Assembly (NCBI GenBank): GCA_038087875.1
Contig: JAXLNO010000050.1
Coordinates: 186,001-250,000 of the forward strand
Direction of reading: 5' to 3'
Source of the DNA: Malacoraja senta
Lineage: Eukaryota
Length of the DNA stretch: 64,000 nucleotides
The notes beneath the pieces were generated by a model, which ran no database searches, was not told where the DNA came from, and worked only from the letters and a program-made list of their open reading frames with translations. The translations under genes and the position numbers were made by a program. This document shows, one piece after another, positions 38,925 to 53,214 of the stretch (position 1 is the stretch's first letter; each line of letters starts with the position of its first letter).

Positions 38925-41900
38925 AGGAAACACAAATGAGATTAAAGGCGAAGTGGATAGGCCAAACATATTATTCGTCATTTACTTCTAAATCTAGAGG
39001 TACGGCTATTCTTATTCGAAAAGGTATACCGTTCAAATTAAAGAATACTATATCAGATAAAGAGGGAAGGTATATTATAGTTTCGGGAGAAATTTATGCT
39101 ACCCCAATAACTATGGTAAATATTTACGCTCCGAATTTTGATAACCCTCAATTTTTTGAGAAAATTATAGATATAATACTGGAGTTTAATTATCAAAATG
39201 TCATAATAGGAGGGGATTTCAATTGTGTTTTAGATCCTTACTTAGACAAATCAGCAAAACAAAGAAGGAGTAATACAAAATCTAAGACTAGTGAATTTCT
39301 AAATACATATATAAAAAATACTAACATAACAGATGTATGGAGATCTGCTAACCCAGCAGGAAGGGAATACTCGTTTTACTCTTCGGTATATAAAACATAC
39401 TCAAGAATTGATTATTTTTTAGTGGATAGGAAATTAATGCCATATATAATTAACCCAACTTACCATATTAGTAGTATTTCTGATCACTCTCCATTGACTT
39501 TTTTAGTAAAATTTGAAGGAATGCCGGGAAAGAATTTTTTTTGGAGGTTTAACACATATATATTAAATGACCTACAGGGTTATCAATATTTGAAACAACA
39601 AATGATATCATTTCTTGAGATAAATGATACACCAGGTACCTCACCTTCTTTAATATGGGAAACTTTTAAAGCATTTATTAGAGGAATTATAATTTCATAT
39701 GAAATTTTTCAAAATAAGAAGAATAAAACTGAACAGATGCTGTTAGAACAAGAAATAAGACAGTTAGAGTTAGATAATGCTAAAGATCCCACTATAGATA
39801 AACATAATAAGATAATACTACTGAAATTTAAACTTAACCGAATTCTCTCGGCAAGAGTAATAAGATTATTCCAAATTACAAAACAGGAACATTTTGAGTT
39901 TGGTGACAAACCACATAAGCTGTTGGCGCGTCAATTGAAAAAACAGGAAAAGGAAAATACTATAAATAAAATTAAATCTGAGAATGGTGAATTACTAACA
40001 CTACCTAAAGATATCAATAAAAGATTTGTTCAATTTTATCAGAATTTATACACATCAAAAACCAAAACAGAAGATAGTAAAATTACACATTTTTTAGATA
40101 AATGTAATCTACCAAAACTTGACCTTTTGGAACAAGAAGAACTAGGAGCGCAAATTACAATCGAAGAAATAGGTGAAACAATAAAATTGCTGAAAAATGG
40201 TAAGACACCGGGACCAGATGGTTTTAGTAATGAATTTTATAAAAAGTTTCATGAGATAACGACCCCCTATCTATTTAATTTATATACTCATGTTTTTAAA
40301 GAAAATAAATTACCTGAAACATTAGGAGAATCAACTATTACGCTTATTCCAAAGAAAGATAAAGATCTAGAGGAACCGGGTTCATATAGAGCTATATCAC
40401 TTTTAAATACCGACCAGAAAATTCTAGCAAAGACCTCAGCTAGAAGACTAAGTAAATATATTAGTAAATTGATAAACCCTGATCAAACGGGGTTTATACC
40501 CAAAAGATATTCATTTAATAATTTGAGACGCCTGTTTAATATAATGTACTCGCATAAAAAGGAAGAAAAAGACTTAGCAATTATTTCTTTGGACGCAGAG
40601 AAAGCATTTGATCAGGTAGAATGGCAGTATTTATACATAGTATTACAAAAATTTAATATGGGAGAGAATTTTATTGCATGGGTGAAATTATTATATGATA
40701 AACCGATGGCAAGAATATTAACTAACAGCATGTTATCTCAAAAATTTCAATTATCAAGGGGTAATAGGCAGGGATGTGCTTTATCACCCCTGCTATTTGC
40801 CCTTATGATAGAACCTCTGGCTGAAAGTATAAGAAGCCATCCGAATATTCAGGGTTATAATACTAGGGACTCAAATAATAACATTTCATTGTATGCAGAT
40901 GATATTTAATTATATATAACAAATTCACAAACGAGTATACCAAATTTATTAAATTTAATAGAGGAATTTGGGTCCTTTTCAGGATATAGAATAAACTGGA
41001 ACAAAAGTGAAATTATGACGTTAAAACCTCAAGAATCCACACACTTATTGAAATTCCCCTTTAAAATAGCAACAGAAAAATTCAAATATCTGGGTATACA
41101 GATTACTAGAAAACATAAAGCTTTATTCAATGCTAATTTTATACCCTTAATAAATAAACTTAATATAATGATAACATTTTGGAAAACACTCCCTTTATCA
41201 TTAATAGGCAGAATAAATGCTATTAAAATGAGCTTCTTACCACAGTTATTATACTTATTTCAATCTATACCAGTATATGTACCAAAATATTTCTTCTCTA
41301 AACTGAATGCTAATATTACTAATTTTGTTTGGGATTACAAATCACATAGAATTAAAAAAGAACACTTATGTAAACCAAAAGATGTCGGGGGACTTTCACT
41401 CCCTAATTTTTTGTATTACTATTGGACAATACATATTAAGAATATAATTTACTGGTTGGATAGTTCAACTCAACAGACAGAATGGATAAAAATGGAGAAA
41501 GAGGATTGTTATCCTTGTAATATAGGAACAATCCTCTTCTCCCCGAAAAAAATGAACAATACAATATATAAGAAAAACCCAATTATACAAGATACAATAA
41601 GAATATGGAAAAAAATAAAACTATCCTTAAAATTAAGAAACCTATCATTGTTAACACCGATAGTGAATAATCCTTTATTTAAACCATCTATGATGGATAA
41701 AATATATAATCAATGGGAAAGTTTAGGAATTAAAAGGATCGGGGATATGTATGAAATGGGAGATTTATTATCAATTCAACAATTACAATTAAAATTTAAA
41801 CTGAAAAACACTCATTATTTTAAATATTTTCAGATTTGTAATTTTTTGAAGACATACATACAGGGATATCAAAAAATAACTCCTGATTTACTAGAAGAAG

Positions 41901-42885
41901 TAATGAATATAAAAGCTGATACACAAAAATTAATAGCATATTTATATAATAGTATCTTAAATATAGATTTACCTGTGACCGAGGTAATTAGAGAAGAGTG
42001 GGAACGGGAATTATTGATAAAAATTACGAAGGCTACATGGGAAAAGTATTTGACATACATTCACAAGTGTTCGATTAACGCAAGACATAATCTAATCCAA
42101 TTTAAAATTTTACATAGATTATATTACTCAAAAACAAGATTAAATAAATTTTATCCAAATATATCGCCCATTTGCGATAAATGTTTAATCCAAGAAGCAA
42201 CTATAACACACTCTTTTGTTTCTTGTATAAAACTTCATGGATTTTGGAGTGATATTTTCAAAATATTTACAAAATTATTTAAGACAAAAATGGAACCCAA
42301 TAATGAATTGATTATATTTGGGGTAATGGAAGACGGGAACAAATTGAGCTCATCTCAAAAGTCAATTTTTAATTATGGTTTAATAATAGCAAAAAAATTA
42401 ATATTGAAATTTTGGAAAAATACACCAATACCAACGCTCAAAATGTGGATTGCAAGTATGTTGGATACCGCACATCTTGAGGAAATGCGATTCCTCCTAA
42501 TAGATAAATTTGACCAATTCATAACGAGTTGGTCTCCATTTGTCGTCTTTTTGGAAACGTATGGTGCAAAACAGGTGTAAAAGCTAATCCGTGACTGCGG
42601 ATGGTCAAGATTATAAATGATCTCCTTCTATTTTCTTTTCTTCTCTTCTTTTCATTTATTCTCTTTCTTCTATTTTCTATGTCTCAACTTTCTTATTTCA
42701 TTCTTTATTTTTCTTTTTCACACACTATATATCTCACATTTTTCTATTTTTCATTATCTAACTTTTTTCTTTTTTTTTTATTTCAAAAATTGTTTTAAAT
42801 AAGAAGCTGTACATAAAAGGTATTATGAAAATATGATTGTATACAATTGTACTTCTAATAAAATAAAAATATAAAAAAAAAAAAA
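38925..42885 (+). mobile_element. 5'-truncated L1-clade LINE with nearly intact ORF2 (one in-frame TAA at 40907-40909)
   Basis: ORFs 38936-40909 and 41015-42580 are in the same frame. Motifs VNIYAPN, GGDFN, YSRIDY, SDH, SLDAEKAFD, RQGC.LSP, YADD, C-terminal CxxC..H..C. T-rich 3'UTR, AATAAA at about 42857, polyA 42873-42885; markedly AT-rich relative to the host CR1. Confidence 0.95.
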
Positions 42886-44095
42886 GTCAGCATGGATTTA
42901 CGAAAGGTAAATCATGTCTGACGAATCTTATAGAATTTTTCGAGGATGTAACTAGTAGAGTGGATAAGGGAGAACCAGTGGATGTGTTATATCTGGACTT
43001 TCAGAAGGCTTTCGACAAGGTCCCACATAAGAGATTAGCATACAAACTTAAAGCACATGGTATTGGGGGTTCAGTATTGATGTGGATAGAGAACTGGCTG
43101 GCAGACAGGAAGCAAAGAGTAGGAGTAAACGGGTCCTTTTCAGAATGGCAGGCAGTGACTAGTGGGGTACCGCGCAAGGCTCAGTGCTGGGACCCCAGCT
43201 CTTTACAATATATATTAATGATCTGGATGAGGGAATTGAATGCAACATCTCCAAGTTTGCAGATGACACGAAGCTGGGGGGCAATGTTAGCTGTGAGGAG
43301 GATGCTAGGAGGCTGCAAGGTGACTTGGATAGGTTGGGTGAGTGGGCAAAGGCATGGCAGATGCAGTATAATGTGGATAAATGTGAAGTTATCCACTTTG
43401 GTGGCAAAAACAGGAAAGTAGACTATTATCTGAATGGTGGCCGATTAGGAAAAGGGGAGATGCAACGAGACCTGGGTGTCATGGTACACCAGTCATTGAA
43501 AGTAGGAATGCAGGTGCAGCAGGCAGTGAAGAAAGCAAATGGTATGTTAGCATTCATAGCAAAAGGATTTGAGTATAAGAGCAGGGAGGTTCTACTGCAG
43601 TTGTACAGGGTCTTGGTGAGACCACACCTGGAGTATTGCGTACAGTTTTGGTCTCCTAATCTGAGGAAAGACATTCTTGCCATAGAGGGAGTACAGAGAA
43701 GGTTCACCAGACTGATTCCTGGGATGGCAGGACTTTCATATGAGGAAAGACTGGATAGACTCGGCTTGTACACGTCGGAATTCAGAAGACTGAGGGGGGA
43801 TCTTATAGAAACTTACAAAATTCTTAAGGGGTTGGACAGGCTAGATGCAGGAAGATTATTCCCGATGTTGGGGAAGTCGAGAACTGGGGGTCACAGTTTA
43901 AGGATAAGAAGGAAGACTTTTAGGACCGAGATGAGGAAATCATTTTTTACACAGAGAGTGGTGAATCTGTGGAATTCTCTGCCACAGAAGGTAGTTGAGG
44001 CCAGTTCATTGGCTATATTTAAGAGGGAGTTAGATGTGGCCCTTGTGGCTAAAGGGATCAGGGGGTATGGAGAGAAGGCTGGGATGGGATACTGA
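42886..44095 (+). pseudogene. CR1 ORF2 3' part (RT and C-terminus)
   Basis: ORFs 42960-43421 and 43184-44095; repeats about 510 bp already present before the L1. Confidence 0.92.
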
Positions 44096-45367
44096 GTTGG
44101 ATGATCAGCCATGATCATATCAAATGGCGGTGCAGGCTCGAAGAGCCGAATGGCCTACACCTGCACCTATTTTCTATGTTTCCATGTTTATGTGTAGATA
44201 TATTATTGTCACGTGTACTGAGATACAGTGAAAAACATTGTTTCAAATGTTTCAAAGGCCTTTTATTCTCACCTGTACCAATTAAGGTACAGTGATATGC
44301 GAATTACTAATCAGCCGTACTAAAAAAGCAACAAGATACACAACTACATAAAAGTAAACATAAACATCCACCACAGCGGATTCCCCACATTCCTCGCTAT
44401 GATGGAAGGCAATAAAGTCTAACCTTCTTCCCTCATTTCTCTCCTACAGTCGGGGCAGTTGAACCATGTGTCGGGGCAATCGGAGCTCCCGCAGCTGGCG
44501 GTCGAAGCCCCCGTGTCAGGGCAATCAAATCTCCCGCGTCGGGGTGATCGAAGCTCCCGTGTCGGGGCGATCGAAGTTCCTGCGGCTTGTAGTTCCGGAT
44601 GTCTGTCTTTAACCAGAGACCGCGGGCTCCGCGATGTTAAGCCCCGTAGGCTGTGGTGGTGGAGCTCTCGAAATCGATCTCCAGCAAGAGGCAGCCAACT
44701 CGACGTTAGGCCGCAGTGTGGACAGCAAAACGATACAGAAAAATGTCACATCACCGTCGAGGTAAGAGATTAGGGAAAAGTTCCACAACCCCCACATAAA
44801 ACAAACTAATGAACACTAAAAACATACATTTAACACATGCCAAAAAAAACAAAAGAAGGGACATACAGACTGTTGACGAGGCAGCCATTGCTGGCGCCAC
44901 CCAGTGGTTGAATTTTGTATGCTTATACAAACAGATCAGATAATCCGATACATAAATACAATCGTCAAACTGAATAAAATAGGTAGAGCAAAGGGAAAGG
45001 TACAGAGTGCAGAATATATTGAATCAATTTTATTTGCCAAGTATGTATACATACAAGGAATTTGCATTGGTGCATTGCTCGCAAGTAACAACACAATATA
45101 CAGTAGACAATTAAAAATAAAACATTATAATTTAAACATGTAAAGAATGAAATAAAATACCAGAGCACAAGGAGGCTTCAGACTTTTGGCTGTTGAGTAG
45201 AGCTACTGCTCGTGGAAAAATGCTGTTTTTATGTCTTGCTGTGGCGGCTTTGTTCTCAGCATTGTAGCGCACCAGTTCCATAGACAAACTCCAATGTTCG
45301 TAATGGGGTAGAGGTGAATCGGACAGTAACCTTGCTTATGCAAGGACTGTTCAGAAGCCTGTTAACA

Positions 45368-48300
45368 GGTCTGCATCCCAGGGTACTGAAGGAAGTGGCT
45401 CTAGAAATCATGGACGCATTGGTGATCATTTTCCAATGTTCTATAGATTCAGGATCAGTTCCTGTGGATTGGAGGGTAGCTAATGTTATCCCACTTTTTA
45501 AGAAAGGCGGGAAAGAGAAAACAGGGAATTATAGACCAGTTAGCCTGACCTCGGTGGTGGGGAAGATGCTGGAGTCAATTATAAAAGATTTAATAGCGGC
45601 ATTTGGATAGCAGTAACAGGATCGGTCCGAGTCAGCATGGATTTTTGAAGAGGAAATAATGCTTGACTAATGTTATGGAATTTTCTGAGGATGTACTAGG
45701 AAAATTAATACAGTGGATGTAGTGTACCTGGACTTTCAGAAAGCATTTGATAAGGTCCCACATAGGAGTTAGTGGACAAAATTAGGGCACATGGTATTGG
45801 GGGTAGAGTGCTGACATGGATAGAAAATTGGCTGGCAGACAAGAAGCAAAGAGTCGGGATTAAGGGGTTCCTTTCAGAATGGCAGGCAGTGACTAGTGGG
45901 GTACCGCAAGGCTCGGTGCTGTGACCCGCAGCTATTTACAATCTACATCAATGATTTAGATGAAGGGATTCAAAGTAACATTAGCAAATTTGCAGATGAC
46001 ACAAAGCTGCGTTGTAGTGTGAACTGTGAGGAGGATGCTATGAGAATGCAGGGTGACTTGGACAGGTTGCGTGAGTGGACAGATGCATGGCAGAAACAGA
46101 TTAATGTGGATAAATGTGAGGTTATTCACTGGTAGCAAAAACAGGAAGGCAGATTATTATCTAAATGGTGTCAAGTTGGGAATAGGGGAAGTACAACGGG
46201 ATCTGAGGGTCCTTGTTCATCAGACAATGAAAGTAAGTATGCAGGTCCTGCAGGCAGTGAAGAAAGCGAATGGCATGTTGGCTTTCATAACAAGAGTAGT
46301 TGAGTATAGGAGCAAAGAGGTCCTTCTGCAGTTGTACAGAGCCCTAGTGAGACCACACCTGGAGTATTGTGTGCAGTTTTGGTCCCCTAATTTGAGGTAG
46401 GAAATTCTTGCTATTGAGGGAGTGCAGCGTAGGTTAACAAGGTTAATTCTCAGGATGGCGGGATTGTCATATGCCGAGAGAGTGGAGTGGCTGGACATGT
46501 ACACTCTGGATTTTAGAAGGATAAGAGGGCATCTTATTGAAACATAACAGATTATTAAAGGTTTGGACACGCTGGAGGCAGGAAACATGTTCCCGTGTTG
46601 GGGGAGTCCAGAACCAGGGGCCGCTGTTTAAGAATAAGAGATAAGCCATTTAGAACGGAGACGAGGAAACACTTTTACTCACAGAGAGTGGTGAGTCTGT
46701 TGAATTTTCTGCCTCAGAGTGCGATGGAGGCCGGTTCTCTGGATACTTTCAAGAGAGAGCTAGATAGGGCTCTTAAAGATTGCTGAGCCAAGGGATATGG
46801 GGAGAAGGCAGGAACGGGGCACTGATGGGAGATGATCAGCCATGATCACATTGAATGGTGCTGCTGGCTCGAAGGGCCAAATGGCCTTCTGCTACACCTA
46901 TTGTCTATTGTCAATTGGCTCATCCCCGGATTGCGACTGGGTTCTCTTCCCGGGAGCTCTTTGTAACCCGAACGGTTTGCAAATGGGAAATTTAAGTACG
47001 GACCAATTTCCCACTTGGTAGAAGATGCATCCAGTCCCATAGCAACCGCCAAATCCATCCGCTGGACTCCCAAATACTCTATTGGATGGACAGGCCGTGC
47101 AGTGGAGAGGATCTGCATCTAAATGTAGAGCAGGCAAAATATATAGGAAGGAACTGCAGATGCTGATTTACACCAAAGACACAAAATGCTGGAGTAACTT
47201 CGCGGGACAGGGGGCATCTCTGGATAGAAGGAATGGGTGACGTTTTGGGCCTATCTTCAGTGTAAACCAGAATCTGCAGTTCTTACATCACCCTCTCTAT
47301 CTCTCGTTTGCCTCACCCCTGACTCTCAGTCTGAAGAAGGGTCTTGACCCGTAACGTCACCTACTCCAGCATTTTGTGACTATCTTAAATGTAGAGCAAG
47401 ATGGGGTCAAATGGCTGGAAGAGAGACCAGAATAAGATGCAATGTCAAATTACCATCTACAGGGGATCAGTTCTTCTCATTATGGTGATGTTTAGTTTGT
47501 GCCCAGTCTGTATTGAAGAACTTTATGTTTAGATATATTATTGTCACGTGTACTGAGATACAGTGAAAAACATTGTTTTCAAAGGTTTCAAAGGCCTTTT
47601 ATTGTCACCTGTACCAATTAAGGTACAGTGATATGCGAATTACTAATCAGCCATACTAAAAAAGCAACAAGACACACAACTACATAAAAGTAAACATAAA
47701 CATCCACCACAGCGGATTCCCCACATTCCTCGCTATGATGGAAGGCAATAAAGTCTAACCTTCTTCCCTCATTTCTCTCCTACAGTCGGGGCAGTTGAAC
47801 CATGTGTCGGGGCAATCGGAGCTCCCGCAGCTGGCAGTCGAAGCCCCCGTGTCAGGGCAATCAAATCTCCCGCGTCGGGGTGATCGAAGCTCCCGTGTCG
47901 GGGCGATCGAAGTTCCTGCGGCTTGTAGTTCCGGATGTCTGTCTTTGACCAGAGACCGCGGGCTCCGCGATGTTAAGCCCCGTAGGCTGTGGTGGTGGAG
48001 CTCTCGAAATCAGTCTCCAGCAAGAGGCAGCCAACTCGATGTTAGGCCGCAGTGTGGACAACAAAACGATACAGAAAAATGTCACATCTCCGTCGAGGTA
48101 AGAGATTAGGGAAAAATTCCACAACCCCCACATAAAACAAACTAATGAACACTAAAAACATACATTTAACACATGCCAAAAAAAACAAAGGAAGGGACAG
48201 ACAGACTGTTGGCGAGGCAGCCATTGCTGGCGCCACCCAGTGGTTGAATTTTGCATGCTATACAAACAGATCAGATAATCCGATACATAAATACAATCAA

Positions 48301-48707
48301 GTCAAACTGAATAAAATAGGTAGAGCAAAGGGAAAGATACAGAGTGCAGAATATATTGAATCAATTTTATTTGCCAAGTATGTATACATACAAGGAATTT
48401 GCATTGGTGCTTTGCTCGCAAGTAACAACACAATATATATTGTAGACAATTAAAAATAAAACATTATAATTTAAACATGTGAAGAATGAAATAAAATACC
48501 AGAGCACAAGGAGGCTTCAGACTTTTGGCTGTTGAGTAGAGCTACTGCTCGTGGAAAAATGCTGTTTTTATGTCTGGCTGTGGCGGCTTTGTTCTCAGCA
48601 TTGTAGCGCACCAGTTCCATAGACAAAGTCCAATTTCCGCAATGGGGTAGAGGTGAATCGGACAGTAAACTTGCTTATAGAAGGACTGTTCAGAAGCCTG
48701 ATAACAG
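45368..48707 (+). repeat. Second copy of a local tandem duplication (CR1 fragment, unique/PLE block, Rex-like block)
   Basis: About 46375-47521 matches 34220-35343; 47522-48707 matches 44187-45367; 45368-45700 matches 33735-34067 inverted. Confidence 0.9.
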
Positions 48708-49554
48708 AGGCGAAGAAGCTGTTCCTGAGTCCGGCAGTTTGCGCTTTCAAGCTTCTGTATCTTCTGCCAAATGTGAGCAGGGAGAAGGAGGAATGACTGA
48801 TGTTGGACTTCTTTGATTATGTTGCCTATTTTTCGGAGGCAATGTGAAAGGTAGATGGAGTCAATGGTGGAAAGAGTTGTCTATGTGACAGACTGGGCTA
48901 CATCTACATTTCTCTGCAATTTCTCGCTGTCTTGGGCAGAGCTGTTTCCAAACCAAGCTGTGATGCAACCTTAATCTGAAGAAGGGTCTCGACCTGAAAC
49001 GTCACCTATACCTTTTCTCTAGAGGTGCTGCTTGACCTGCATTTCCTTCCTATGCAGGATGCTTCCTCTGAACTTTCTGTGGACTTTTGACCCTTTTGCT
49101 TTTGTTGGCAATATTTAGGGGAGAGGGAAAATGGCTGATAGTGGTGTTCCTTCACTGCGGTCAGCCAGTAGGACTAAGATATTCCATGTCTTGTTTCTCT
49201 TCTTCCTCTCTCACATTTTACTGACAATGCAAGTCATACCAATGGCATCTGACCTAGCAAATGCCGTCTCCTTTCCCTAGCCTTGAAATGTAGGGTGGGA
49301 TTGTTTTTGTGTCGCACAAGTTAGTTGTAAGTTATTGTGATAATCAGATGATTCATAACTGGAAGGCCAGGAACTTTTCAATCTGGAGCTTAGTGTTTCC
49401 TCTCAAATTTGCCAGGATTTTACTGGGAAGTTCTTATGCTTCAGCCAACTACCCATATGTTCAATTTATTAGGAGTTGCGTGATTTCTCATAAGTCTATG
49501 CATTGGCCATCAATTAAATAATATTGAATGCCAATGGCAGGGAAATCAGATTAT

Positions 49555-50171
49555 TTAGTTCAGAGATACTAAACTAATCTTCGGCCCATCAAGTCAATGC
49601 TGACCAGTGATACCGTACACTAGCACTATCCTACACACAAGAGACAATTTACAATTTTACCAAAGCCAATTAACCTACAATCCTGCACGTCTTTGTAGTG
49701 TGGGAGGAAATGGGAGCACCTGGGAAAAACCCACGCGGTCCCAGGGAGAACGTACAAACTCCTTGCAGGTAACACCCGCAATCAGGATCGAACCCGGGTC
49801 TCTGATGTTGTAAGGCAGCAACTCTACCGCTGAGCCACCGTGCCGTTGAATAGAGCTGTAGAGCATAGGTGCAGCAGTAGAGTTGCTGCCTTACAGCGCC
49901 AGAGATCCAGGTTTGATCTTGAATACGGGTGCTGTCTGTATGGAGTTTGCTCGTTCTCCCTGTGACCATGTGGGTTTTCTCCCGGGTACTCAGATTTCCT
50001 CCCACTCTCCAAAGACGTACAGGTTTGGAGGACAATTGGCTTGAGTAAAAAATGTAAATTGTTCCTTGAGTGTTGGAACGCGCTTTTGCGCGGGGATCAC
50101 TGGTCGACACGGACTCGGTGGGCAGAAGAGCTTGTTTCCGCGCTGTATCCCGAAACTAAAACTAAACTAAA
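49555..50171. mobile_element. Head-to-head pair of HE1-type SINEs (49555-49845 -, 49868-50171 +)
   Basis: Opposite orientations with a spacer of about 25 bp. Confidence 0.8.
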
Positions 50172-50929
50172 GTTGTATAGCACGGAAACAGACCTTTCAG
50201 CCCAATGACCCTTGTCTTGGTGCTTTGCCTGCAGATGACCTTGGCCCTCTAAACCCTTCCTTATCTGTACATCTGTCAAACTGTCTTATAAAAGTCATAA
50301 TTGCATCTTAACATCCTCTTCTGCAGCTTCCTCTGGAAGACTTGTGTTGATTGTTCAAAATAGACATCCTTGAATGAACACTGGAAGAACATGGTGAATT
50401 TTGGAACCAAATGTGTCTCATGTCAAGTCTTAACACATCCGTGTCAGAATGCTGACTCTTCTGCTGTTGATTTCACATTATTCATTACAAACTAGTGTAG
50501 GATTTGACTAATTCTTCAAGGATCAATATTGACGGTCAGATTTAAATTATTAACACTACCGACATGACATATATGAATTGTTGGCAATAGGATGTGCGAG
50601 AGTGTGCACGCTAATTGTCCAGTTAGTACAAGTTAACTGAGTTGCATCTTGTTAGTTCAGTGAAATCAGCTCCAACATGGACTCACAGTCACTTAGCCAC
50701 CCTCTATAACAGTGGGGTAAATAGGATTAAGTCTGAAGAGTCCTGACCCAACGTCACTCGCTGGAGTTTAGAAGGATGAGGGTGGAGACCTCATTGAAAC
50801 TTACCGAATAGTGAAAGGCCTGGATAGAGTGGATGTGGAGAGGATGTTTCCACCAGTGGGAGAGTCTAGGATCAGAAGCCATAGCCTCAGAATAAAAAGA
50901 CATACCTTCAGAAACATGAAGAGGAATTT

Positions 50930-51495
50930 CAAGATTCAATAGAGTTTATTGTAATGTGTCCCAGATTGGACAATGAAATTCTTGCTTTTCTTCAGCACAA
51001 CAGAATATAGTAGGCATGAATAATACAGAACAGATCAGTGTGTCCATAACACCATTATATAAATATATACACACATGAATAAATAAACAGATAAAGTGCA
51101 AATAAACAGATAATGGGCTATGAATGTTCAGAGTTTTGTATGAGTTGAGTTTAATAGCCTGATGGCTGTGGGGAAGTAGCTATTCCTGAACCTGGACGTT
51201 ACAGTCTTCAGGCTCCTGTGCCTTCTACCTGAAGGTAGCAGGGAGATGAGTGTGTGGCCAGGATGGTGTGGGTCCTTGATGATGCTGCCAGCCTTTTTGA
51301 GGCAGCGACTGCAATAGATCCCCTCGATGGTAGGGAGGTCAGAGCTGATGATGGACTGGGCAGTGTTTACTACTTTTTGTAGTCTTTTCCGCTCCTGGGC
51401 ACTCAAGTTCCGCCCCAAGCCACAATGCAACTGGTCAGCACTCTCTCTACTGTGCACCTGCAGAAGTTAGAGAGAGTCCTTTAGTTAGTGGCAAA
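50930..51495 (-). mobile_element. Rex/Babar-like LINE 3' fragment
   Basis: ORF 51128-51457 LSAQERKRLQKVVNTAQSI...DPHHPGH.L.SLLPSGRR.RSL...SRFRNS.FP.AIRLLN. Confidence 0.8.
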
Positions 51496-52919
51496 TCTGG
51501 GAAATTAATTGATATTTGGATATTTTTAAGGCGGTGATTGACAGTTTCTTGATTTATACGGCTGTTAGGTGTTATGGGGAGAAGGCAGGAGAATGGGGCT
51601 GAGAAGGAAAGATAGATCATCCATGATTGAATGGCGGAGTAGACCTGATGGGCCGATGGCCAAATTCTGCTCCTATAACATATGGAAGGTCGCCTATCCA
51701 TGTTCTCCAGAGATGCTGCCTGACCCGCTAAGTTACTCCAGTACTCTATGTCTCGTTTTTTAAACCAGTATCTACCGTTCCTTATAACCTCCAGTATTTT
51801 GTTCAGCTCTTTCTATAATTGATGCTTGACCCGACTAAAATGTGTACTGGTGAAATCCAGACTTCAGGCTACTCACTAATTGATCCAATTGTTTTCTTTA
51901 ATCCTTTTTTGGGGAATTTTAACACCTCAATCTTTTTCTGATTAACATCCTTTATTGCGGCAAACTTGATTGGGAAGAAATTCATCTTTGTTGTTGGAAT
52001 ATACAACTGGAGGTGCCCAGGATTAATATCAGGAAGTTATTAAAAGGAAAACAATGTGCTGGTGTGGCCTTCTTGTGCACTTAGCATGCCCTCTGGTGAT
52101 TACAGAGCCGTAGCAGTCAAATACGGGACAAGGGCGGTCCCGTATAGGACAAACCAATTTAGCCCAACATACAGGATATCCTGGTAAATACAGGACAGTT
52201 AGCAACCCTAAGCACCACCCTACACACACTAGCGACAATTTGTTTCCCATTTTACACCAAGCCAACTAACCAACAAACCTGTACGTCTTTGGAGTGTGGG
52301 AGGAAACCGGAGCACCCGGAGAAAACCCACGTGGGTCATAGGGAGAACGTATAAACTCCATACAGACAGCACCCGTGGTCAGGATCAAACCTGAGTCTCT
52401 GGCGCTGTGAGGCAGCAACTCTACCACTGCGCCAGTACCCTCTGTACTGGGACATAGTCCTAGTATGTAGGATGGTGCTAGTGTACGGGGGATGTACGTG
52501 CTGGTGTGGGCTCGGTGGGCTGAAGGGCCTGTTCCCACGCTGTATCCCTAAACTAAAAGGAGGTCCACGTATTATCCACCAGCGATATCTGTCCTTGGTC
52601 GGTGTGGGCAATGCTGTATGACTGTGACTCCTTTGCTTATGGTGAGAAATAGCTAAAGCATGAGGGCCTTGTGAAATAAATCTCACTTTTATGTTCCTGC
52701 TCTGGTTTGCTGATGCTGGGAGAACTAGATGGGAAAATGTGGTGGGTACGAGACATGGGTGAAATATTCCAGGTACATGGTTGGTGGGTCACCGTCATCT
52801 ATCCCATTCCCATAGCACCTGGACTGAAACCCAACCAGGCTTATCGCCCAATTAATTGTTGGGCAAATAAAACAAGCCTGATTTAGCAAGGAGACTGAAA
52901 GGATGATGTTTGAACCATG

Positions 52920-53214
52920 TTTCAGTTAGAGATGCAGCATGGAGGCAGGGCCCTGCAGCCTAAAGAGTCCATGCTGACTATCGATCACCTATTCTCACTA
53001 GTTCTATGTTATCCCACTTTTTCATCCACACCCGACACACTGGGGCCAATTAACCTACAAACCCGCACGTCTCAGGGATGTGGGTGGAAATTGGAGCACT
53101 TGTGCACAGGGAGAACGTGCAAACTCCACACAGAGAGCAGCTGAGGTCAGAATCGAACCCGGGGTCTCTGGCACTGCAAGGCAGCGGCTCTAGCGGCTGT
53201 GCCACTGTGCTGCC
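52920..53214 (-). mobile_element. HE1/V-SINE-type SINE
   Basis: Reverse complement of the consensus, about 100 bp upstream of the RGL1 exon. Confidence 0.75.

Larger units (their letters stand above)
35344..44186 (+). mobile_element. Full-length CR1 LINE (5'UTR, ORF1, ORF2, tail) carrying a nested L1
   Basis: Boundaries defined by the empty site gaagaac|tttatg at 47521/47522. ORF1 and ORF2 motifs present; tail tttctatgtttccatg. Confidence 0.92.
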
